This document shows positions 8,989 through 20,536 of a DNA stretch of 64,000 nt, piece after piece. Under the pieces are notes generated by a model. It made no database searches and was not told the origin of the DNA. It was given only the letters and a program-made list of their open reading frames with translations. Origin of the DNA: Terriglobia bacterium (GTDB lineage: Bacteria > Acidobacteriota > Polarisedimenticolia > Polarisedimenticolales > JAIQFR01); NCBI GenBank assembly GCA_963790465.1, contig CAWBOP010000013.1, forward strand, positions 128,092 to 192,091. Reading direction: 5' to 3'. Positions within the stretch are counted from its first letter, which is position 1. Every line of letters begins with the position of its first letter. The position numbers and the translations under genes are program-made.

Positions 8989-10188
8989 TCAGCGGTGGAG
9001 CACCGCCACCACGGTCTGGTCGTCCACCGGGGGGTCGGCGGCGGAGAACGACCGCACCGCGGCGAACACCTCCTCGACCAGATCGCGTGCCGAGGACCAG
9101 CGGCGGGCGGCGAGGATCTCCCTCAAGCGCCCGGTGCCGAACGCTTCGCCCGCGGGGTTCTCCGCCTCGGTGATCCCGTCGGTGTAGAGCAGTACCGTCG
9201 CTCCCGGGGTCATGTCCACGTAACCGCGCTCGTACAGCGCCTCGGGGTTGGGGCCGAGTACCGTCCCTCCGCGTGAAAGCTCGCGGATGCCGTCGCCGGA
9301 CAGCAGGAGGGGCGGCGTTTGCCCAGCGTTGCAGTACACGAGCGTGCCGTTCAACTCCAGCTCACCGTAGAACAGCGAGATGAACTTCGACGCCAGCGCC
9401 GAGTGGCTGACGACCCGGTTGAGCTTCTCGATCGTGGCCGTGATCCGCAGCTGCTCTTGAACCCCCATCCTCAGGCCGATGATGGCGTCGCGCGCCTGAA
9501 GCGCGGCGGGGATCCCGTGCCCCGACGCGTCGGCGATCGCGACCCCGAGGCGGCGGGGGGAGACATGAATGAAATCGTAGAGGTCGCCCCCCACCTCCTC
9601 GGCGGGGACCGACGCGCCGGCGAGGTCGAACGGGCCGAAGATCGGCGGGTTCTCCGGCAGCAGCGAGAGCTGGATCTCCCGCGCCTCCGCCACCCGGTCC
9701 TCGAGGTGCTCCTGGCGCACCTTGAGGTTCACGACGTGCCGGATCGTGTTCAGCGTGTAGACGACCTGGTCGGCGTCGGCGGGGTGCTTGAGGCTGAACG
9801 CGATGATCTGCCGTCCCTTCTCGCCGACGCGGATCGCGGCGAAGACCTTGACACCGATCGCCTGCTCGATCTCCGGGTCCATGCCCGGGTCGGTGATGTC
9901 CTTGAGAGCGAATCCGCGCTCCAGGATCTCCCGGACCGGCGGGTACGACGCGGGGATCCTGAAGCCGAGCGGCGCCTTGCCGGCGGGACACTCCGTCTCG
10001 AGGACGTAGTCGTTGCCGTGCCGGACGTAGATCCTTCCCCCCACGATCCCGAGGTCGTCGTGGAAGTCGGTGACGAGCCGGCCGAGGATCGCCGACAACG
10101 TCGCGAGGAGGTCCTCGGAGCGCTCGAGCGTGGCGAGCGTCTTCTCGAGCTTGCGGAACAGGTTCTTGTAATACACGGGGCTCTCCAT
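8989..10188 (-). CDS. GAF domain + PP2C/SpoIIE-type serine phosphatase (RsbU-like)
   Basis: 399 aa. The C-terminal half has SLLPE...EVGGDLYDF...ADASGHG...LLYTDGITEA, typical of SpoIIE/PP2C. The N-terminal half is GAF-like. Confidence 0.9.
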   Translation of the reverse strand: MESPVYYKNLFRKLEKTLATLERSEDLLATLSAILGRLVTDFHDDLGIVGGRIYVRHGNDYVLETECPAGKAPLGFRIPASYPPVREILERGFALKDITDPGMDPEIEQAIGVKVFAAIRVGEKGRQIIAFSLKHPADADQVVYTLNTIRHVVNLKVRQEHLEDRVAEAREIQLSLLPENPPIFGPFDLAGASVPAEEVGGDLYDFIHVSPRRLGVAIADASGHGIPAALQARDAIIGLRMGVQEQLRITATIEKLNRVVSHSALASKFISLFYGELELNGTLVYCNAGQTPPLLLSGDGIRELSRGGTVLGPNPEALYERGYVDMTPGATVLLYTDGITEAENPAGEAFGTGRLREILAARRWSSARDLVEEVFAAVRSFSAADPPVDDQTVVAVLHR

Positions 10189-10355
10189 CCCTGGGCGCGG
10201 GGAACGGCGTACGGTAGCAGAACGCGGGAAAACGGGGCAACGGGAGCCGGGGGTTCTGTCGCACCGGTCGGGATGTTAGATTGGCGCCGGGCCGGAAGCG
10301 ACCGGCGCATCGACCCGCTTCAGGCGGAGATCCGGGCCGCCGAAGTGGCGATCCA

Positions 10356-10628
10356 TCAGCGCGCCGCGCGCCGGGAAGGGAAACCCCAGGAGGATTGAGG
10401 GCTTCCACGGCACGGCGGAAACGGGAGAGGTCCGGCGATCGAGGAGATCCGTGGCACGGTGAACCGCAAGCGTGCCATGCTGGCGCGGGGGTTGCCGCGC
10501 CACGTCAGCCTGGCAGCGCGCGAAGGGCGCGCGAATGTCGCGTGGGTGGCGTTAAAGCCCGAAATTATGGAGTTTTTCGAGCCGTCATGATTGGCATCGA
10601 CCTTGCTCTTCTTCAGGGGCGTAGACAT
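10356..10628 (-). CDS. Hypothetical small protein (90 aa in ORF track)
   Basis: Strong SD (AGGAGGAGG, about 5-nt spacer) before ATG 10628 and GC-rich third codon positions. No recognisable family. The C-terminal extent is doubtful in this GC-rich context. Confidence 0.3.
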   Translation of the reverse strand: MSTPLKKSKVDANHDGSKNSIISGFNATHATFARPSRAARLTWRGNPRASMARLRFTVPRISSIAGPLPFPPCRGSPQSSWGFPSRRAAR

Positions 10629-10651
10629 GACCTCCTCCTGGTCAGTGTCGC

Positions 10652-10714
10652 ACCCCTTCCGGACCTGATGGTCATGCCCCCCCGAGGGTCCGGAAGGGGT
10701 CGGCTTTTGGGTTT
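10652..10714 (+). terminator. Perfect 14-bp hairpin followed by a T-rich tract (terminator- or attenuator-like)
   Basis: Arms accccttccggacc (10652-10665) and ggtccggaaggggt (10687-10700), 21-nt loop, then cggcttttgggttt. Lies between divergent starts at 10628 (-) and 10721 (+), so the role is unclear. Confidence 0.4.
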
Positions 10715-10720
10715 GGACGC

Positions 10721-11326
10721 TTGAAACTCCCCGAAGGCCTGAACACTCCGCTGCTCGACGCCGCCGTGGCGCTCCTGGGAGACGCCGGGCGAACCGGCGA
10801 AGTTCGGGTGCTCGGCGAGAGCATGCGGCCGACGCTCCCTCCTGGCTCCATGCTCCACGTGGAGTTCGCGCCGGGGGAACTCCGTCGCGGCGACTTGCTG
10901 CTGTTCCGGCAGGCGGACTACCTGGCGGTGCACCGATTTCTCGGCAACGCGAGATATCCCGACGGGCGTCCGTGCCTCAGAACGCGCGGCGACAACGTGA
11001 TCGCGCTCGATCCGCCCGTCGACCGTTCCCGCGTCGTGGGGCGCGCGCTCGCGGTGCGGCGGGACGGCGTCTGGCGCGACCTGACGAGCCGGCGCGCCCA
11101 TGCGTATGCCGCGCTTCTCGCGTTCCACGATCTCGCCTTCGCGGCGGCCGGGGTGGTGGCCGACCGGACCTCGGACCGCGTCTTCCGGAAGCTCCGCGTT
11201 TCGCTGTCGTTCCGGCGCGTCGCAGCGTCGCTCGACGGTGCGCTCCTTCGAGCCGCCGACAGGCTGTTGTTCCGGGTTCTTCACGCTCCCGCGGCCGCGC
11301 CCGGCCGGGTCGAGGAGCAGCCGTAG
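10721..11326 (+). CDS. S24/S26-family (signal-peptidase-I/LexA-like) serine peptidase
   Basis: 201 aa with a TTG start in the ORF track. VLGESMRPTLPPGSML matches the G-x-S-M-x-P-T catalytic Ser motif. RGDN further downstream. Confidence 0.65.
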   Translation: MKLPEGLNTPLLDAAVALLGDAGRTGEVRVLGESMRPTLPPGSMLHVEFAPGELRRGDLLLFRQADYLAVHRFLGNARYPDGRPCLRTRGDNVIALDPPVDRSRVVGRALAVRRDGVWRDLTSRRAHAYAALLAFHDLAFAAAGVVADRTSDRVFRKLRVSLSFRRVAASLDGALLRAADRLLFRVLHAPAAAPGRVEEQP

Positions 11327-11417
11327 CCATTCTTCGGACGGCCTCCTATACTGACCGGCGCTTCCGGGAGGGATCGCGCGACACGGCGCGCGGCTGCCGT
11401 CCCGCGGGAAAGGCCAG

Positions 11418-14154
11418 ATGATCAACGCGATCCTGACCAAGATCGTCGGCTCGAAGAACGACCGCACCCTCAAGCGGATGCGGGCCAATGTCGAGCGGAT
11501 CAACGCCCTGGAGCCCGGGATCCGCGCCCTGTCGGACGAGGGGCTCCGGGCGAAGAAGGACGAGTTCCGGGAGCGCTTCGGTCGGGGCGAGACCCTGGAC
11601 GAACTCCTTCCCGAGGCGTTCGCCGTCGTGCGAGAGGCCGGTCGCCGCGTCCTGGAGATGCGGCACTTCGACGTCCAGCTCGTCGGCGGGATGGTGCTCC
11701 ACGAGGGGAAGATCGCCGAGATGAAGACCGGCGAGGGGAAGACGCTCGTCGCCACGCTCCCCGTTTACCTGAACGCCCTCGCGAGCAAGGGGGTCCACGT
11801 CGTCACGGTGAACGACTACCTGGCCCGGCGCGACTCGGAGTGGATGGGCCGGCTCTACCGGTTTCTCGGGATGACCGTTGGCTGCATCCAGCACGATCTG
11901 TCCGACCCGGAGCGGCAGGAGGCCTACGGCGCCGACATCACCTACGGGACCAACAACGAGTTCGGGTTCGACTACCTCCGCGACAACATGAAGTTCTCGC
12001 TGGACGTCCATGGTCCAGCGGGGGCACGACTTCGCCATCGTGGACGAGGTGGACTCGATCCTGATCGACGAGGCGCGGACCCCGCTGATCATCAGCGGGC
12101 CGGCCGAGGAGTCCACCGATCTCTACTTCCGGATCGACCGGATCGTACCGAAGCTCCAGAAGGGGGCGTCATCCAGGGCGGGAAGGAGTACGAGGCGGAG
12201 CAGACCGGCGACTACATCGTGGACGAGAAGGCCCGCACGGTCACGCTCACCGACGGGGGCGTGGAGCACTGCCAGCAGCTGCTCGGCATCGACAACCTGT
12301 ACGACCCCGCGCACATGGAGGTCCTCCACCACGTCAACCAGGCCTTGAAGGCCCACGTCCTGTTCCGGCGGGACGTGGACTACATGATCAAGGACGGCGA
12401 GGTGGTCATCGTCGACGAGTTCACCGGGCGGCTGATGCCCGGGCGGCGCTGGAGCGACGGCCTGCACCAGGCGGTGGAGGCGAAGGAAGGGGTGAAGATC
12501 GAGCGGGAGAACCAGACGCTCGCCACCATCACCTTCCAGAACTACTTCCGCATGTACGGGAAGCTCGCGGGCATGACCGGCACCGCCGACACCGAGGCGG
12601 TGGAGTTCGACAAGATCTACAAGCTCGAGGTGGTCGTCATTCCGCCGAACCGGCCGCTCATCCGGCTCGAGAACCCGGATGTCGTCTACCGGACCCAGGA
12701 CGAGAAGTGGAACGCCGTCGTCGAGGAGATCGCCGAGTGCCAGAAGCGCGGCCAGCCGGTGCTGGTCGGCACCGTCTCGATCGAGAAGTCCGAGAAGATC
12801 TCGACGATGCTCCGCCGCAAGGGGATCAAGCACGTCGTCCTCAACGCGAAGTACCACGAGATGGAGGCGGAGATCGTCGCCCAGGCCGGGCGGCTCGACG
12901 CGGTCACGATCGCGACCAACATGGCGGGCCGCGGGACCGACATCCTGCTCGGCGGCAACTCCGAGTACCTCGCGAGGCAGGAGCTGATCCTCAAGGGGCT
13001 GAAGCCGGGGGAGACGCCGAAGGAGGAGTGGGACGCGGCGTACGCCGAGGCTCTCGAGCGCTCGCGGGTCGCCTGCCGGGTCGAGCACGAGCAGGTCGTG
13101 GCGCTCGGCGGCCTCCACATCATCGGGACCGAGCGGCACGAGTCGAGGCGGATCGACAACCAGTTGCGCGGACGCGCCGGCCGGCAGGGGGACCCGGGGT
13201 CCTCGCGCTTCTACCTCGCGCTCGACGACGACCTGATGCGGATCTTCGCCAACGAGTTCGTCCAGCGGGTGATGAACCGGGTCTGGACGGAGGACGGCGT
13301 TCCGATCGAATCGGGGATGGTCAGCCGCGCCATCGAGAAGGCGCAGAAGCGGGTCGAGGAGCGCAACTTCGAGATCCGCAAGCACCTTCTCGAGTACGAC
13401 GACGTCAACAACATGCAGCGGAACGAGATCTACGCCCTGCGCCGCGACCTGCTCGCCGGGAAGGAACAGACCGAGTACGTCTTGGGCAAGGGGCGGGAGA
13501 TCCTGCAGGTGCTCGTGGACGACTACCTCGCCGTTCACAAGAGCCCGATGGAGTGGGAGGTCGAGCCGTTCCGGCAACAGGTCCTCCACTACTTCGGCAC
13601 GGAGCCCGAGCGGGAGGGGATCGATCTCCGGCAACTCGAGCTCGACGCGGTCGGCGACGCGGTGTGGGAAAAGCTCGAAGCTCGCTATGCCGCCAAGGAA
13701 GCCAAGGTCGGCAAGGAGCTGATGCGCCAGTACGAGCGGCACATCCTGCTCCAGATCATCGACGGATCCTGGAAGGACCACCTGCTAGGAATGGACCACC
13801 TGAAGGACGGGATCGGCCTGAGGGCTTACGGTCAGCGCGACCCGCTCGTCGAATTCAAGCGGGAGTCGTTCGACATGTTCTCGACGATGAAGGAGCGGAT
13901 CGAGAACGACGCGGTGCGCTTCCTGTTCCTCCTCGATCCGATGACCGACGAGGACCGGCGGCGCGAGGAGGAGCGCCGGCGGCGCGAGCAGGAAGCGGTG
14001 TTCTCCGCCGCGTCGCGCTCGGCGGCCGGGCGTGACCGCGCGCGGCGGCATCGAGACGGTGGCCCGCAAGACCGCCAAGGTCGGCCGGAACGATCCTTGC
14101 CCGTGCGGCTCGGGGAAGAAGTACAAGAAGTGCCACGGGGCGAACGAGGCGTGA
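11418..14154 (+). CDS. secA: Preprotein translocase ATPase SecA (three frame breaks)
   Basis: Collinear SecA sequence throughout. The segment [34 protein letters not shown] sits in another frame (12010-12165) and the main frame resumes at about 12170. The C-terminal zinc motif [19 protein letters not shown] (stop 14152-14154) is in a +1 frame relative to the body, with the break near 14000-14030. Confidence 0.9.
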
Positions 14155-14233
14155 CGGGTTGGGGGCGCATAGCGAACACGCCAAGTCGGACGAGATTTCC
14201 AAAACCTGAGGCATCCGAATTGGACTCCATCTT

Positions 14234-14420
14234 ATGCGAACGACGCTGGACATCCCTCAAAGCCTGCTCGAGGAAGCCCGGAAACTCCTCGGGTTCACGT
14301 CGAAGACTGACACGGTCGTGTTCTCGCTGCGCGAACTGATCCGGCGCGGGCGCATCATGGAGATCAAGGACCTGCTCGGGACGGTCCAACTGGACGTCGA
14401 CGTGGCGGCGTCCCGGCGAC
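14234..14420 (+). CDS. vapB: VapB-type (DUF2191-like) antitoxin, 3' end fused to downstream remnant
   Basis: MRTTLDIPQSLLEEARKLLGFTSKTDTVVFSLRELIRRGRIMEIKDLLGTVQLDVDV is typical of MRTTLDIDDELL-type antitoxins. There is no in-frame stop until 14623, so the end is approximate. Confidence 0.7.
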
Positions 14421-14423
14421 GCC

Positions 14424-14516
14424 GGCTTCGCCGATCTGCTCATCGGAGCGATCGCGCTGTCTCGCCCCGCCACAACGACGCCGCGGCGTCTTGGAAATTG
14501 CCGCTTCGAGGAGTAG
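14424..14516 (+). pseudogene. Possible C-terminal remnant of a PIN-domain VapC toxin
   Basis: GFADLLIGAIALS... resembles the conserved D-x-L-I-A-A-x-A C-terminal segment of VapC. The whole N-terminal PIN core is absent. Confidence 0.35.
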
Positions 14517-14565
14517 ATTTTCCATTCCGCCGCCCGTGCGGCCCTCAAGGGGGTGGACCTTGCCG

Positions 14566-15051
14566 ATGCCGTCCTCCGAGAAGAGCTTCCTCGAGAAGAT
14601 CGTCGAGACGATCCCAGGGGTGAAGGGATATCGCGACCGCGAGGCGCGCCGGGAGACCGACCGGAGGCTGCGTGAGTACCTCGCGCGCCGTCTCGACGAG
14701 GGGAGGGGAGGGCTCGACGCGCTCCGGCGGGCGTGCGTGGCCGCGGGGGACCTCTCGCCCCTCGACGCCGTCGGGCGGCTCGACAGGACGATCCAGAAGA
14801 TCGCGGCCGCTCTGCGCTACGCCGAAGCGGGGTACAGCGGCTTCTTCGACCAGGTGAAGATCGGCGAGGCGGAGCTGGACCGGCTCTACGCCTACGACGA
14901 GGCGCTCCTCGTCGAGGTGCAGGGGCTCGCGGAGGCGGTTCGCGAGGCGGCCGCGGGGCAGGCGCAGCTCGAGGCGCTCGAGCGGCGCGCCGCGCAGCTG
15001 GACGAGCAGGTTTCGCGTCGCCGCGATCTCTTCAATTCGCCCACGCTCTGA
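14566..15051 (+). CDS. Hypothetical coiled-coil protein
   Basis: ATG 14566 ([26 protein letters not shown]...) preceded by AAGGGGGTGGA. Heptad-rich, Ala/Glu/Arg-rich. Placed 20 nt upstream of the SPFH gene. Confidence 0.6.
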   Translation: MPSSEKSFLEKIVETIPGVKGYRDREARRETDRRLREYLARRLDEGRGGLDALRRACVAAGDLSPLDAVGRLDRTIQKIAAALRYAEAGYSGFFDQVKIGEAELDRLYAYDEALLVEVQGLAEAVREAAAGQAQLEALERRAAQLDEQVSRRRDLFNSPTL

Positions 15052-15071
15052 AGACGCGGGAGGAACCCGGC

Positions 15072-16115
15072 ATGGCGATCCAGGTCATCGAATGGAAGGA
15101 CGACACCGGACGGGAGATGGTGCACCGATTCGAGCCGGGCGGCGAGCTGAAGCTCGGCGCGCAGCTCGTCGTGCTCGAGAACCAGTGGGCGGTGTTCTTC
15201 CGCGACGGCCGGGCGCTCGACACGTTCACGACAGGGCGCCACACGCTCACCACCGGCAACGTGCCGCTCCTCGGCCGGCTGATCGGGGCGCCGTTCGGCG
15301 GGACGTCGCCGTTTCGCGCCGACGTGTACTTCGTGAGCCGAAAGGTGTTCACCGACTTGAAGTGGGGCACGAAGGACCCGGTGGCGTTCCGGGACGCGGA
15401 GCTCGCGATGGTGCGTCTTCGGGCGCACGGTGTCTTCGCGGCCCGGGTGGTGGCCGCGCAGATGTTCGTGAACCAGGTCGTCGGGAGCATGGGGACGTAC
15501 GCCACCGACGAGATCGAAGGGTATCTGAGGGACCTGATCGTCGCGCGGCTCAACGACGTGCTGGGCGAGACGGTGAAGACGCTGTTCGACCTCCCGAAGC
15601 GTTACGACGAGCTGGCCGAGGCGCTCAAGGGGCGCGTCGCCGGAGACTTCGCCAAGTACGGGCTCGAGCTGACGGATTTCTTCATCAACGCGATCACGCC
15701 GCCGGAGGACGTCCAGAAGGTGATCGACGACCGGTCGGGGATGGCGGCGGCGGGAGACCCGAACGCCTACCTGCGGTTCAAGGCCGCGCGCGCGATGGGG
15801 GACGCGGCCGCGTCGCAGGCGGGCGGGGCCGCGGCCGGAACCGCCGCGGCGGGGATGGGGCTCGGGGTGGGCGCGGGGCTGGGGATGATGATCCCGGGGA
15901 TGCTGCAGTCATCGGCGAAGGCGGAGGCGCCGAACGTGCCGGCGGCGCCGGCGGCGGCCACTTCCCCCTGCGCCGCTTGCGGCGCGGCTTTGCCGGCTGG
16001 CGCGAAGTTCTGTCCGGGCTGCGGCGCGAAACTCGCCGCGGGGTTCTGCACGGCGTGTGGCGTCGCGTTGCCCGCCGTCGCAAAATTCTGTCCGGGCTGC
16101 GGCGCCAAGCAGTAA
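15072..16115 (+). CDS. SPFH/band-7-like (virion-core-like, YdjI-type) protein with C-terminal double zinc ribbon
   Basis: [34 protein letters not shown]... matches the N-terminus of the SPFH-like COG4260 family. The C-terminus carries CAACG...FCPGCGAKL and CTACG...FCPGCGAKQ. Confidence 0.85.
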   Translation: MAIQVIEWKDDTGREMVHRFEPGGELKLGAQLVVLENQWAVFFRDGRALDTFTTGRHTLTTGNVPLLGRLIGAPFGGTSPFRADVYFVSRKVFTDLKWGTKDPVAFRDAELAMVRLRAHGVFAARVVAAQMFVNQVVGSMGTYATDEIEGYLRDLIVARLNDVLGETVKTLFDLPKRYDELAEALKGRVAGDFAKYGLELTDFFINAITPPEDVQKVIDDRSGMAAAGDPNAYLRFKAARAMGDAAASQAGGAAAGTAAAGMGLGVGAGLGMMIPGMLQSSAKAEAPNVPAAPAAATSPCAACGAALPAGAKFCPGCGAKLAAGFCTACGVALPAVAKFCPGCGAKQ

Positions 16116-16127
16116 CGGGAGACATGC

Positions 16128-17639
<1,512 letters not shown>

Positions 17640-17660
17640 GAGGGAAGAGGACCGAGTTCT

Positions 17661-18191
17661 CTAGGCGTCCCCCTGCGGACGCGCGACGGGCCTTGGCGCG
17701 GTCTGGATCTCGATCCGGCGGGATCCTTCGCCCACGTCGTGGAAGCGGACGGTGATCGCCTCGCGCCGGAGATACGGCGGCAGCTTTTCCCCCCACTCCA
17801 CCAGGATGACACCGCCGCTCGAGAGAATCTCCTCGAGACCGAGCGTGCCGACGTCTTCCGGATTGTCGAGCCGGTAGAGATCGACGTGAAACATCGGCTG
17901 CCGGCCGCCGGTGTACTCCTGGACCAGCGTGAACGAGGGAGAGGAGACGTCCTCCGGCTTGATGCCGAGGCCGGCCGCGACGCCGCGGGCAAACACCGTC
18001 TTCCCGAGACCGAGGTCCCCTTCGAGGAGGATCAGCTCGCCGCCGCGGAGCCCGCGAGCCATCACGCGCCCCATCTCGTAGGTCTCCTCCTCGCTCAACG
18101 AGAAGGCCGATTTCCCGCCGGACGGCCCGGAAGGGGGCGCCGCGCCCCGCTGGGGTTCGGCGGCCTGCTTGGATTTTCTCGCCATCACCAT
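17661..18191 (-). CDS. tsaE: tRNA t6A37 biosynthesis ATPase TsaE
   Basis: GDLGLGKTVFARG (P-loop), SPSFTLVQEY, HVDLYRL. The ATG at 18191 overlaps the nnr stop (ATGGTGA). Confidence 0.85.
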   Translation of the reverse strand: MVMARKSKQAAEPQRGAAPPSGPSGGKSAFSLSEEETYEMGRVMARGLRGGELILLEGDLGLGKTVFARGVAAGLGIKPEDVSSPSFTLVQEYTGGRQPMFHVDLYRLDNPEDVGTLGLEEILSSGGVILVEWGEKLPPYLRREAITVRFHDVGEGSRRIEIQTAPRPVARPQGDA

Positions 18192-19766
18192 GTCCTGGGC
18201 GCTCCCGGGCCGCCCAGCCCCGCAAACGCGTCGGGCAGCCGATCCAATAGATCGGCCGCGATCATCCCTTCTTGACCTTTCTCTCGCGCGGCGCGGTCCC
18301 CGGCGTCCCCGTGCACGAAAACGGCGATCCGACAGGCTTCCCGCGGCTCGAGGCCGCGCGCCAGGAGGGCGCCCACGATTCCGGTGAGGACGTCGCCCGA
18401 TCCCGCCGTTGCCATCCCCGGGTTCCCGCTGGCATTGATGGCGGCTTGTCCCGACGGCGCCGCGACCACGGTCCGGTGCCCCTTCAGGACGACGATCGCC
18501 CCCGAGCTTGCCGCGAGGCGCCGGGCCGCGCCGAGCCGGTCGGCCTGGATCGAGGTCACGCTCGTGCCCAGCAGGCGTGCGGCCTCGCCGGGATGAGGCG
18601 TCAGGACGAGCGGCGCCCCCCCCCCGCTCGCGAAGCCCGTCGAGTCCCGTCGTGGCGAGAGCGTTGAGCCCGTCCGCGTCAACGACGGCGGGGCATGCCC
18701 GGCGCGCCAGAACGGCGTTCACCATCTCGCAAGTCGAGGGATCGGTTCCGATGCCCGGACCGAGGGCGAGCGCGTCCCTCGACGCGAGCAGATCGAGGAT
18801 CCGTGCCGCCGCGTTCGACGAGATTCCCCCCGAAGGCGTCTCGTCGAGAGGTTCCGTCATCGCCTCGGCCTGAAGCGACGCGACCACGGGAAGCACCGAG
18901 GCCGGCGTCGCGACCGTGACGAGCCCCACTCCGGACCGCAGTGCGCCACGGGCGACGAGCGCCGCCGCGCCTCCCCGACCACAAGCCCCCGCCACCGCGA
19001 GGAGGTGGCCGTAGGTTCCCTTGTGAGCGTGCGCCGCCCGGGCGGGCATCGCGCCCGCGAGCGCCGCGGCGTCTGTCCACTCGAGCTCCGGCCGTTCCTC
19101 GGCGACCGCCGTGTCGGGGATGCCGATCGGAAGGACCGTCCAGATTCCGGCGTGGAGCGACGCCGGCTCGAGAACGAGCGGGAGCTTCGGGCGACACAGC
19201 GTGTAGGTGCGCTCCGCCTTGATCGCGGGCCCGTCCACGCGGCTCGAATCGGCATCCAGTCCCGAAGGAAGATCCACGGAGACGACCGTCGCGAGAGACC
19301 GGTTCAGTTCCTCGATGATCGCCGCAACCCAGCCGTGGGCGCCGCCACGGACCCCCGTGCCGAGGAGTGCGTCGAGGACGATCGGGCCGCGCGGCGCGAG
19401 CGCCCCCTTCTGCCGGTCCCATTCCGCCGCGGCCGGCGCCTCCTGAACCGTCAGGCCCGATGCGCGCGCCGCGCGAAGGTTCGTCGCGGCATCTCTCGCG
19501 AGATCGTCCCCGTTCGCGAGCAACAGGACTCTCGGCACGAGACCGGCACGGGCGAGGTGGCGCGCGGCCACGAGCCCGTCACCGCCGTTGTTCCCCTTGC
19601 CGCAGAGAACGAGCACGCCGCGTGTCCGCGCATCCGGAAAGTCGGCGAGTAAACTTTCCGCGACCGCTCGTCCGGCGGACTCCATCAGCAACATGCTCGG
19701 GATGCCGAGGGTGTCGATCGCCCTCCGATCGACCCGTCGCATCTGCTCGCCCGAGAGAATCTCCAT
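18185..19766 (-). CDS. nnr: Bifunctional NAD(P)H-hydrate repair enzyme Nnr (epimerase + ADP-dependent dehydratase), one frame break
   Basis: The N-terminal YjeF-N part is in the 17661..19772 frame (LCGKGNNGGDG). The C-terminal dehydratase part is in the 18185..18682 frame (GNPGMATAGSGDVLTG). The frames join at a run of 10 C at about 18612-18625. ATG 19766 is preferred over TTG 19772. Confidence 0.85.
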
Positions 19767-19926
19767 GGGCAACTCCCGCCGGAAGATATCTCTCGCGGAC
19801 GAGGGCGGTCAAGCCGATCGCCGTAGCACCAGGCGACCCGGAGGCCGAGCCAGCGGAGTTCGAGAAGAGCGGGAGCCGTTGCGGAAAAGGAAGGGAGTGA
19901 CGGGAGGGAGTAACGGCGACTCGAAG

Positions 19927-19965
19927 GAACAGACAGGAGGAACAGACAGGAGGAAGACGGAGGAG
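19927..19965. repeat. Tandem 13-mer (GAACAGACAGGAG x2 plus a degenerate third copy) inside a purine-rich tract
   Basis: Copies at 19927-19939 and 19940-19952, then gaagacggaggag. The surrounding region (about 19880-20010) is almost all A/G on the + strand. AGAGATC x2 at 19981-19994. Confidence 0.7.
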
Positions 19966-20130
19966 TGGTGGAAAGGAACAAGAGATCAGAGATCAAGGAG
20001 CGAGAAAAAAGTGTACTCTTGTGCCTGACGTGTGGTATGCATGTTCGACAGCGGAGAGCGGTCGAGATGTCACTTGGGTGATTATATTGTAAAACAGCTC
20101 CCGGAGAGAGGGGCTGCGGCCCGGCATCCG

Positions 20131-20433
20131 ATGGTGCCGATCTGGCGCGCAGCACGTGCGATCGGAATCCTCGCGATCACGTCCGCCTGCGCTCCGGCAA
20201 TGCGGATTGCGAAGCCGGCCGTCGTGACCGAGTTCCATGTCCGTCATGCTGGCCTCTCTCCCGGCGACCCAGCACGCGTCGACCGCAACTGTCCGGCCGG
20301 AATGCCCGGGCACCGGGACGGGCACCGGGAGGATCATGAGCTTGGGTGGTGGTACGTGGGTGGGGACAGGCGGGTTGATGGAACGTTTCATTACCGGATC
20401 ATTACCGGACGTCGTGCCGAACAAGCAGTTTAA
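20131..20433 (+). CDS. Possible small lipoprotein
   Basis: MVPIWRAARAIGILAITSAC... has a signal-like segment ending in a lipobox-like ITSAC. No family recognised and the RBS is weak. Confidence 0.3.
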   Translation: MVPIWRAARAIGILAITSACAPAMRIAKPAVVTEFHVRHAGLSPGDPARVDRNCPAGMPGHRDGHREDHELGWWYVGGDRRVDGTFHYRIITGRRAEQAV

Positions 20434-20536
20434 ACGTCTTATCCGTTGAAGGGAGGCGGTGCTGCGAATAAGGACGACTCGGGAGACTGACCACAGACAC
20501 GTGCAGAGCACGGAACCAACGAGGGAGGGCTTTGAA

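Noticed and set aside
10652-10700. SRP (4.5S) RNA, because both strands of the hairpin contain GGTCCGGAAGG, which resembles the SRP domain IV apex.
   Set aside because: The flanking conserved SRP nucleotides (GGAAGCAGCC and the paired 5' arm) are absent. The motif arises because the 14-bp stem itself contains the palindromic ttccgg core.
17661-19772. A 703-aa ORF that looks like a natural Nnr-TsaE fusion protein.
   Set aside because: The middle ~170 residues are Arg/Gly/Pro-rich nonsense. The genuine Nnr C-terminal domain is in the 18185..18682 frame and ends with its own stop overlapping a good tsaE start (ATGGTGA). The fusion is produced by a frame slip at a 10-nt homopolymer.
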